Position numbers and translations under genes: made by a program | Part shown: positions 14,429 through 23,157 of the stretch, piece after piece | Position numbering within the stretch: the first letter of the stretch is position 1 | Layout of the letters: every line of letters starts with the position of its first letter | Notes under the pieces: model-generated | Seen by the model: the letters and a program-made list of their open reading frames with translations, nothing else | Told to the model about the DNA's origin: nothing | Database searches by the model: none | NCBI GenBank assembly: GCA_964057225.1 | Contig: OZ059896.1 | Coordinates: 558,001-622,000, forward strand | Direction: 5' to 3' | Origin: Auanema rhodensis | Lineage: Eukaryota; Animalia; Nematoda | DNA length: 64,000 bases

Positions 14429-15386
14429 CTAGGGGGAGACTTGAGGTAGGGTCAGATAGGGAAGGTGCGGTAAGAGGTATTGTTGGGTTTTTAACTCTGG
14501 GACAAGAGAGTGATCTCAGAGCATAAGGAGCATGTCGTGTTTTTCGTCTTGAGGGTGAAGGAAATTGACAAGAAGACCTGTCGACCTCAAGAGAAGTACG
14601 GCTTGCTTTGGAAGGTGGAGGAGCAATTTGTACAATATTTGGGGAAGAAGGGGAAACAGGAGAAATAAGATGAGTACAGGTAGGAGCTGGAGTAGGAGAA
14701 CTAATTGAGGATATTTTTTTGATGACCTTAACAATTTTGAAATTACGAACAATATGAAGGGTGTTAGTCCCAGTAGAATTCATAACCTTGCACTTTTCCT
14801 TCAATTCACGTTCAAGTTCTATTTCGAAAGGGAAATAGTCTCTTCTCACAAAAGTTTTTTTAAGTGAAGCGGAAAGAACTTCTTTGTGATTGCGGATTAG
14901 TTGTATGCAAGTATCACGAATTTGTTCACTAGGGCAATTTATAGCAATAGGGCCAGGGAGTTTGGTCTTAGAATTGTAGCGGGTGACAACAATTGCACGA
15001 GAGTTTAATAAACTACATATTTCAGTGTTCTTGGACAGATTAAGAACATCCGACACAAGAGAAGTGGGATCGGAGGAAAAGTCCGTACTGCTCAATGGAA
15101 CATTGAACCAAAGGAGTTTTGTAGCACGGTCAGGGAATTTCGACTTCTCTGAACTTATGTTAACTAAATTAGATACAACCTCTTGAGAAGTACCATTTTT
15201 GAGCGAGCTACAAAGTGAGGCAACCTTTGATTCTAGTTCCGCAATACGGGTACAATTAGAATTAACGGTAGTTTGGATAGAGAAAATAATGCCACGTAAT
15301 TCAAAAGAAAATTGGGAGAAAGATTCTTTGAGAGAATCAGAAAGTGCGGTAAAATCGGATTTTGAAACAGATTGGGAAGAGGACAT
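14370..15386 (-). CDS. CR1 ORF1: putative RNA-binding/coiled-coil protein (338 aa from the first ATG; the track extends to a GTG at 15410)
   Basis: Lies upstream of ORF2 in the same orientation. Heptad-like segment RIAELESKVASL, an RRM-like middle (LLWFNVP...PIAINCPSEQIRD...FVRRD...ELERELK) and a Ser/Pro-rich basic C-terminus, as in CR1/L2 ORF1 proteins. Confidence 0.85.
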   Translation of the reverse strand: MSSSQSVSKSDFTALSDSLKESFSQFSFELRGIIFSIQTTVNSNCTRIAELESKVASLCSSLKNGTSQEVVSNLVNISSEKSKFPDRATKLLWFNVPLSSTDFSSDPTSLVSDVLNLSKNTEICSLLNSRAIVVTRYNSKTKLPGPIAINCPSEQIRDTCIQLIRNHKEVLSASLKKTFVRRDYFPFEIELERELKEKCKVMNSTGTNTLHIVRNFKIVKVIKKISSISSPTPAPTCTHLISPVSPSSPNIVQIAPPPSKASRTSLEVDRSSCQFPSPSRRKTRHAPYALRSLSCPRVKNPTIPLTAPSLSDPTSSLPLVPNHTPSTKSLPPPKHSFR

Positions 15387-15643
15387 AGTGAAAAAAGGAA
15401 TGAAAAACACGAGATATAAAAATAGGAAAAAAACACAAGAGTAATTATAAAGGAAAGAAATGAAATGACTTGAGAAAAGTGCGCACCTTATTAAAACCAG
15501 TCCGACGATACTGAATCAGATGAAGAAACAAGACGGCAACAGTGAATACCAATTAGAACCAAAAGGAGACAACCACTCACGACTGACAAACTAGGTCAAC
15601 TGACAAACTAGGTATTCAAAAGAAAATTGGGAGAAAGATTCTT

Positions 15644-16487
15644 TACAAACCAATTTTATGTTTGTTGACTCTGAATAACCCAGTTAATCGACGGTAGTTA
15701 ATCGACGGTTTTACTGTCGATGTTCGAGATTAATGTTTGCCCTATCAACCTGAGGAGCCTTAGAAACGGCTACCACATCCAAGGAAGGCAGCAGGCGCGT
15801 AACTTATCCACTACTTCAGTGAGATAGTAACTAAAAATAAAAAGATCAATCTTTTTAGATTGATTATTTCAATGAGCTGAGCTTAAATAGCTCTACAAGG
15901 ACCCAGTGGAGGGCAAGTCTGGTGCCAGCAGCCGCGGTAATTCCAGCTCCACTAGTGTAAAACGTTATTGCTGTAGTTAAAAAGCTCGTAGTTGGATCTG
16001 AGGCATTTTCTGTGATACGGCTTGCCGGTAATCATAGATGTGTCTATTTTGTCGGTTTTGTGTATGTACTTCGGTGTGTATACTGGCTGGCGAGTTTACT
16101 TTGAATAAATCAAAGCGCTCAAAGCAAGCGATTGCTTGTATGTGCTATCATGGAATAATAAAAGAGGACTTCGGTTCTATTTATTGGTTTAAGAGTCGAA
16201 TTAATGATTAATAGGGACAATTCGGGGGCATTCGTATCCCTGCGCGAGAGGTGAAATTCGTGGACCGTAGGGGGACGCTCAAAAGCGAAAGCAATTGCCA
16301 AGAATGTCTTCTTTAATCAAGAACGAAAGTCAGAGGTTCGAAGGCGATTAGATACCGCCCTAGTTCTGACCGTAAACTATGCCATCTAGCGATCCGGAGG
16401 AGTATTCGTGCTTCATCGGGGAGCTTCCCGGAAACGAAAGTTTTTCGGTTCTGGGGGTAGTATGGTTGCAAAGCTGAAACTTAAAGA

Positions 16488-16521
<34 letters not shown>

Positions 16522-16954
16522 GCGGCTTAATTTGACTCAACACGGGAAAACTCACCCGGCCCGGACACCAGTAGGATTGACAGGTTGATAGCTCTTTCTC
16601 GATTTGGTGGTTGGTGGTGCATGGCCGTTCTTAGTTGGTGGAGCGATTTGTCTGGTTTATTCCGATAACGAGCGAGACTCTAGTCTACTAAATAGTTAGT
16701 GAATTTTTTGGTTCATATAACTTCTTAGAGGGATAAGCGGTGTTTAACCGCACGAGATTGAGCGATAACAGGTCTGTGATGCCCTTAGATGTCCGGGGCT
16801 GCACGCGCGCTACACTGGAGGATGCAACTGGTTTTCCATGGCTGAAAGGTTTTGGTAATCCGTTGAAATTCTTCCGTGACCGGGATTGGGAATTGTAATT
16901 ATTTCCCATGAACGAGGAATTCCTAGTAAGTGTGAGTCATCAACTCGCGCTGAT

Positions 16955-16989
<35 letters not shown>

Positions 16990-17138
16990 GTCCGGAACTG
17001 AGCTTATTCGAGAAACATGAGGACAATGGTTGTTGGGCTTCGGCTTTACTTCCGTAGAAATCATTTTGATCGCATTGGCTTGAACCGGGCAAAAGTCGTA
17101 ACAAGGTACCTGTAGGTGAACCTGCAGGTGGATCATCG
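15644..17138 (+). rRNA. 18S rRNA gene, 5'-truncated, with a ~70-nt internal deletion near 15750 (probable pseudogene copy)
   Basis: Universal motifs GTGCCAGCAGCCGCGGTAATTCCAGC, GAAACTTAAAGAAATTGACGG, TTGTACACACCGCCCGTC, GTAACAAGG...GGATCATCG. The conserved GATGGTAG...GTAACGG...GGGTTCG...CCGGAG segment is missing between CCTATCAAC and GGAGCCTTAG. Confidence 0.97.
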
Positions 17139-17403
17139 CTGAATTTTTTCAAATCCAGCTTTAGCTACACATATTTTTAAAATGGTAACATTTAAAAAAT
17201 GTAGCTTACTAAAACTAGACTTATCAAGGTGCTATACGATCTGAGTTGATCATTAGTCGAGATCATATAATCAGATATAGCTTAAAAAGTATCTCTTGCG
17301 ATACTGCCTTGTGCTGCCGGTATGGTTGAAATACACCCCACCTTAATTCCTTTTTAGGAGGCACAATTTGTTGTATAATAACTTGTTTATAAAAAATTTA
17401 AAA
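17139..17403 (+). other. ITS1
   Basis: Spacer between the 18S end (GGATCATCG) and the 5.8S start. Confidence 0.9.
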
Positions 17404-17557
17404 CTAGCTCTAGCGATGGATCGGTTGATTCACGTCTCGATGAAAAACGCAGCTAGCTGCGATATTTGCTATGAATTGCAGACGCTTTGAATAGTAAAAT
17501 TTTGAACGCACAGCATCCTTTGAATTTATTCTTAGGGTACGCCTAGTTCAGGGTTTC
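17404..17557 (+). rRNA. 5.8S rRNA gene
   Basis: CTAGCTCTAGCGATGGATCGGTTG...CGATGAAAAACGCAGC...GAATTGCAGACGC...GAACGCA...GTTCAGGGTT, closely resembling rhabditid 5.8S. Confidence 0.96.
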
Positions 17558-17757
17558 TTTCATAATTTGAATTTATTCAAAAAGTCGGTTAGCCATTGTC
17601 ACCAGACATTGCCTATCCTAGTAACGAAATTTGCATCATTGACTTGCTTTTTGCTAGTCTACATGCATTTCTCTAAATACTGTTTGGTTATTCATATTCT
17701 TGAAGAGGAATCTGTTTAATAGTCCTGATAAGCAGTATTTGATGAAATGTCTTAAAT
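17558..17757 (+). other. ITS2
   Basis: Spacer between 5.8S and the 28S start (AACCTGAAC...ACCCGCTGAACTTAAGCATAT). Confidence 0.9.
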
Positions 17758-19039
17758 GTAAACCTGAACTTAGACGTGACTACCCGCTGAACTTAAGCAT
17801 ATCATTAAGCGGAGGAAAAGAAACTAACTAGGATTTCCAGAGTAACAGCGAGTGAAATGGAAAAAGCCCAGCGCAGAATCGCACAGTTTTGCTGTTGTGA
17901 AATGTTGCGTATAGGAATTGCTTTCATTGTGTTTATATGTTTTAAGTCTCTTTGATTGGAGCAATCCATAGAGGGTGCTAGACCTGTGAAAACATATATT
18001 CGTAATGATTGGTTTTTCCTTGGAGTCGGGTTGCTTGAAAATGCAGCCTAAAGTTGGTGATAAACTTCATCTAAGGCTAAATATTGACGTGAATTCGATA
18101 GCAAACAAGTACCGTGAGGGAAAGTTGCAAAGAACTTTGAAGAGAGAGTTCAAGAGAACGTGAAATCGCTTGAGTGGAACCGGAGAGAGTCAACAGAACT
18201 TCATAGCTGGATATTTAGTTTAGTGCTTAATTGTGCTGACTATGTGTTGATGTTATGTATGTTGTGCTGGTAGTATTGATGACATCTGTTGAACTATGTG
18301 TTGTTGCCCACTCCGGTGGTGTCTTGCATATGGATAGGCTGATTGTTGTTAATATTTAACTCTATCATTAGAGTACCAGTATAAATGTTGGCCACCTTTC
18401 CGACCCGTCTTGAAACACGGACCGAGGAGTGTAACTTATGCGCGAGTCAAAGAGTGGAAAACTTTATGGCGTAATGAAAGTAAATGTCAGTTCACTGGCT
18501 AACATAGGATTCGTTCGAAAGAGCGACGCACTATGGCCCTGTCTTGGTTGCTTGCAACTTGGCAGAGGAAGAGCGTATAGGTTGCGACCCGAAAGATGGT
18601 GAACTATGCTTGAGCAGGATGAAGCCAGAGGAAACTCTGGTGGAAGTCCGTATCGGTTCTGACGTGCAAATCGATCGATAGACTTGAGTATAGGGGCGAA
18701 AGACTAATCGAACCATCTAGTAGCTGGTTCCCTTCGAAGTTTCCCTCAGGATAGCTGGAGTTTATATTGTGCTGTTATATCCGGTAAAGCGAATGATTAG
18801 AGGACTTGGGATTAATTTGATCTTAACCTATTCTCAAACTTTCAATGGGTATGATGTTTCGGTTTCTTAATTGAACTGTTAACGTCAAAGCGAGCTCCAA
18901 GTGGGCCATTTTTGGTAAGCAGAACTGGCGCTGTGGGATGAACCAAACGTTCAGTTAAGGTGCCTAACTTTTCGCTCATGAGACCCCATAAAAGGTGTTG
19001 GTTGATATAGACAGCAGGACGGTGGCCATGGAAGTCGGT

Positions 19040-19075
<36 letters not shown>

Positions 19076-19810
19076 TCAACTAGCCCTGAAAATGGATGGC
19101 GCTTGAGCGAGAGACCTATACTGAACCCTTTTGAATATCGAAAGGGAATAGAGTTAATATTCTCTAACTTGCATATAGCGATCGTGTCTCTCTGAGGCAC
19201 TTGCGCGGTAACGCATTCGAACTTGGTAACGTCATTTCAAAACCGAGCTAGAGTTTTCTTCTCTAGTTTAGGAACGGACTCCCTGGAATTGGTTCATCCA
19301 GAGATAGGGACGTTGTTTCCGTAAAGTATCGCGGTTTCTGTGGTATCTCGTGCTTTTGAAATGGCCCTTGAAAAACCAAGGGAGGCAATCAAGCTATAGC
19401 AAATCGTACCGATATCCGCATCAGGTCTCCAAGGTGAACAGCCTCTAGTCGATAGAATAATGTAGGTAAGGGAAGTCGGCAAATTAGATCCGTAACTTTG
19501 GGAAAAGGATTGGCTCCAGTGGTTGGAATAGTTGGCTTAGTAGCTGATGCTTGATGGACTAGCTCATGACTGACTGATCTTCGGTGATGTTGGACTAGTA
19601 GCCTGACTGTCTTGTGGACGTTATTAGGTGTATATCTCTCTTTCGGGTTAGATATCCTGATTATTCATCTAAACGACCGAACTGGAACTGGTACGGACTC
19701 GGGGAATCCGACTGTCTAATTAAAACAGAGGAGACAGATGGTCCTTACGGACGTTTACTGTCTCTGATTTCTGCCCAGTGCTCTGAATGTTAAGTCGTAG
19801 TAATTCGAGT

Positions 19811-19889
<79 letters not shown>
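17758..19889 (+). rRNA. 28S (26S) rRNA gene, 5' part; internal deletion near 19127; interrupted by the R4 element
   Basis: ACCCGCTGAACTTAAGCATATC, ACAAGTACCGTGAGGGAAAG, GACCCGTCTTGAAACACGGA, TAACTATGACTCTCTTAAGGTAGCC. The conserved GAGTAGG...GCAGATC...GTAGCAAATATTC...GTGGAGAAGGGTTCC block is absent. Confidence 0.96.
19878..19889 (+). repeat. Left 12-bp target-site duplication AGTGACGCGCAT (right copy at 27299-27310)
   Basis: An identical 12-mer flanks the insert. Removing the insert and one copy restores canonical 28S ...CTAATTAGTGACGCGCATGAATGG. Confidence 0.96.
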
Positions 19890-20008
19890 TTCTCACCGCC
19901 GTAGACCTGTTAACGGCTAGCTTACTCGACGCTATTTGCTACACCTCTACGCGGTGTGGGATGAAAACTAATAACCGGCTGGTAACCAGTTATTCGGCTA
20001 AGTAGCAA
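19890..20008 (+). ncRNA. HDV-like self-cleaving ribozyme at the 5' end of the R4 element
   Basis: P1 (T)TCTCAC 19890-96 / GTGGGA(T) 19956-62. P2 TTGCTAC 19936-42 / GTAGCAA 20002-08. P3 ACC/GGT around L3 TCTACGC. P4 AATAAC...GTTATT. J4/2 GGCTAA with the catalytic-position C at 19998. The order matches the nested double pseudoknot. Confidence 0.82.
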
Positions 20009-20742
20009 TAAATCCGGCCCTTGCTGGAACGAATAAGAAACTTTAAGAAATTGACGGTTAGCGTGGGGTGGCGGAATGGTGTGAACCATTTTACTGCCAA
20101 GCAGAACTGAAGGTGAGGGTCGCGGGTTTAACCAAACCCCTCACCAATCGAGGAACCTAAGCTAGCGGTCAACACTCAGTAAACAGTCCTTTTACGGCGG
20201 GGCATCGCTGTTGAAAGATAGTGGATGTGTGTGGACCTAAGGCGATGGCAACTCGTGGTAAGAAGATCTCACTGGGCGAAGAGCCATGCCCGGCTACAGA
20301 AACCAGCGAGCATCTACCTACCGCAATAAATCCAGGCCCTTGCTGGAACGAATATGAAACTTAAGAAATTGACGGATAAGGTGGGGCAGTGGAATGGTAT
20401 AAATCATTCCACTGTGAAGCAGAACTGAGTACTCCAGGCCCTTGCTGGAACAAATACGAGACTTTAAGAAATTGACGGTTAATGTGGGGTGGCGGAATGG
20501 TGTGAATCATTTTACTGCCAAGCAGAACTGAAGGTGAGGGTTGCAGGTTTAACCGAACCTCTCACCAATTGAGGAACCTAAGCTAGCGGTCAACACTCAG
20601 TAAGCAGTCTTTTTACGGCGGGGCATCGCTGTTGAAAGATAGTGGATGTGTGCGGACCTAAGGCGATGGTAACTCGTGGTAGGAAGATCTCACTGGGCGA
20701 AGAGCCATGCCCGGCTAAAGAAACCAGCGAGCATCTACCTAC
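20005..20742 (+). repeat. Duplicated structured modules in the R4 5' leader (~315-bp copies at 20005-20321 and 20433-20742; ~105-bp partial copy at 20323-20428)
   Basis: Shared CC(A)GGCCCTTGCTGGAAC...AAGAAATTGACGG...hairpin...AAGCAGAACTGA. The long copies are roughly 90% identical by eye. Confidence 0.92.
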
Positions 20743-21420
20743 TACATGAAACTGTACTCGATACAGGCGTAGCAAATATAATCAAATCAGCTTACAACCA
20801 TGGTTGGGATACGTGGTTGTGAGCAAATAACCTCATTATCATGGTTGGCTGGTATCGAGGTAATGAACCTGAACAAAGAAAGAGGAAAGTTGGTTTGGAA
20901 AACTGAATTCTGGTCGGGGCGTGACCGGAGGGCAGGAAGTACTACCAAGTGAAATCTGGACCTTGTTCTTGTTCATCTGAAAGTGAGTTTGTGACTTGCT
21001 TGGTGACATGGACTACGCCCCAGTTCAGATAGCCTTGCAATGATCAGAGAGGGGATCCCATATCACCCATGACTCACAAAATATTTAGCACGTAACTTAT
21101 CGAAATTATAGCCTGTATGTATTACATCAGTAACACGTACAGGCACATGCAACAGGTATGACCTGATAGTCTTAATTCCATTCCTGTAAGGATATTAAGA
21201 CTGTACCTGTTCCATGTAACAACAGAATTGGACTAGTGTCATCGTGAGATGTGCCTAATCCAACTCTACCCTCGTGATCCGGAAACAGATCACTGCAAAA
21301 CAGGACCTTGAGACGGGAAGACCTGACAAGACTTAACCTCGCGCCTGAAAGAGGCTAAGTCAAAAACCCAGCTCAAATATAGAGAAGCCCGGCCCCATCG
21401 TAAGATGGGTCTGGGCCAAA

Positions 21421-22550
21421 TCTATTTTGCATGATTTGGACTTGTCCTCATCATAGTCTGGAGACCTTGGTCACTAGAATTAGATTTAGGCCTGGGACCT
21501 CTGCATGCAGAGGGACCAGGCCGAATCTATTTTACACGAAATGGACTTGTCCCTTTTGTCGCTCGGTGATGTGAATCGCCAAACAACAATTAGATCACGG
21601 CCTGGGCCTCTGCTTGCAGAGGATCCGGGCCGAATCTATTTTGCATGATTTGGACTTGTCCTCATCATAGTCTGGGGACCTTGGTCACTAGAATTAGATT
21701 TAGGCCTGGTACCTCTGCATGCAGAGGGACCAGGCCGAATCTATTTTACACGAAATGGACTTGTCCCTTTTGTCGCTCGGTGATGTGAATCGCCAAACAA
21801 CAATTAGATCACGGCCTGGACTTCTGCTTGCAGAGGATCCGGGCCGAATCTATTTTGCATGATTTGGACTTGTCCTCATCATAGTCTGGGGACCTTGGTC
21901 ACTAGAATTAGATTTAGGCCTGGAACCTCTGCATGCAGAGGGACCAGGCCGAATCTATTTTACACGAAATGGACTTGTCCCTTTTGTCGCTCGGTGATGT
22001 GAATCGCCAAACAACAATTAGATCACGGCCTGGACTTCTGCTTGCAGAGGATCCGGGCCGAATCTATTTTGCATGATTTGGACTTGTCCTCATCATAGTC
22101 TGGGGACCTTGGTCACTAGAATTAGATTTAGGCCTGGAACCTCTGCATGCAGAGGGGCCAGGCCGAACCTATTTTACACGAAATGGACTTGTCCCTTTTG
22201 TCGCTCGGTGATGTGAATCGCCAAACAACAATTAGATCACGGCCTGGACTTCTGCTTGCAGAGGATCCGGGCCGAATCTATTTTGCATGATTTGGACTTG
22301 TCCTCATCATAGTCTGGGGACCTTGGTCACTAGAATTAGATTTAGGCCTGGTACCTCTGCATGCAGAGGGACCAGGCCGAATCTATTTTACACGAAATGG
22401 ACTTGTCCCTTTTGTCGCTCGGTGATGGGAATCGCCAAACAACAATTAGATCACGGCCTGGACTTCTGCTTGCAGAGGATCCGGGCCGAATCTATTTTGC
22501 ATGATTTGGACCTGTCCTCATCATAGTCTGGGGACCTTGGTCACTAGAAT
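21421..22550 (+). repeat. 214-bp tandem repeat (~5.3 copies; each unit is a dimer of ~107-bp hairpin-rich subunits) in the R4 5' leader
   Basis: TCTATTTTGCATGATTTGGAC at 21421, 21635, 21849, 22063, 22277 and 22491. Confidence 0.97.
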
Positions 22551-23157
22551 CAGAATTATCGGTTTTTGGCATTTTTTAGCATTTTTGCATTTTCTCCCCT
22601 TTCCCTTTTAACTTTCTTTCCTTTCCTTTTTCTTCCTCTCCCTTCCCCATTAAACTCTTAAACTCTCAATCAACTAAAATCCAAAAACCGCAATGGGCAT
22701 ACCTAGAGGTCTAGGGTCTGGAAATCCTGCTCGTAGGAAAACCGGACAACACCCACTCTCCTGACTCGGGCTTGACCCCTGTCAGTGCCTGGCGACAGCG
22801 CTCGCCGCTTCGGTTATTACACTTTTGCACCCTGCAAATCTCTCCCTTAACCGAAGGCTTCGCAAGATGCCTGAAACAAACCAACCTTGCATTTTGATGT
22901 GTTCCTTCTCAACGGTTATTACGGGCAACTGCGGTGACCCTGAGTAACACACGATCACCTTGACAAGACTGAGCCTGAACGTGGAATTGATCCACCGGAA
23001 AAGATGGCCCGGGTAAATGGATGACGCTTAGCGTTCATCACCTTATCTGGAACCACTTACGCACTGAGTTCAGAACACCTACCGCTATCTCAGTTAAGAC
23101 CAGGGTGGTTCATTGGTGAAAGTAACCCAAGCCACCGTACAGGGCTTGTAAAAAGCT

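Larger units (their letters stand above)
11034..15613 (-). mobile_element. Full-length CR1-clade non-LTR retrotransposon (ORF1 + APE-RT ORF2, ~460-bp 3' UTR, (TAAA)n tail) inserted in the satellite
   Basis: Two overlapping minus-strand ORFs with CR1-type RT C-terminal motifs (YVRPILEYASEVWSP, IESVQKRF). The (ATTT)4 tail at 11034-11049 abuts the satellite. The 5' boundary is approximate because of junction duplications. Confidence 0.92.

Noticed and set aside
16119-19482. Short minus-strand ORFs over 18S/28S (also 27570-27935 and 27620-27856)
   Set aside because: These are typical spurious translations of rRNA sequence.
19845-19860. Calling the 28S insert an R2 element or a group I intron
   Set aside because: The R2 site TTAAGG^TAGCC is intact and empty. 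The insert lies downstream, has a TSD and encodes an R4-type RT-RLE.
20037-20530. rRNA-matching segments as antisense guides of a minus-strand box C/D snoRNA
   Set aside because: No CUGA box D adjoins the guides on the minus strand and no box C is evident.
21431-21456. Minus-strand UGAUGA-GGAC-AA-GUCC-AAA resembling a hammerhead ribozyme core
   Set aside because: It lacks the invariant C3 and G12, is absent from the B subunit, and is explained by the plus-strand hairpin.
21421-22550. CRISPR-like repeat/spacer appearance of the 214-bp array
   Set aside because: Only two alternating variable segments occur rather than unique spacers, there are no cas genes, and the context is a eukaryotic retroelement.
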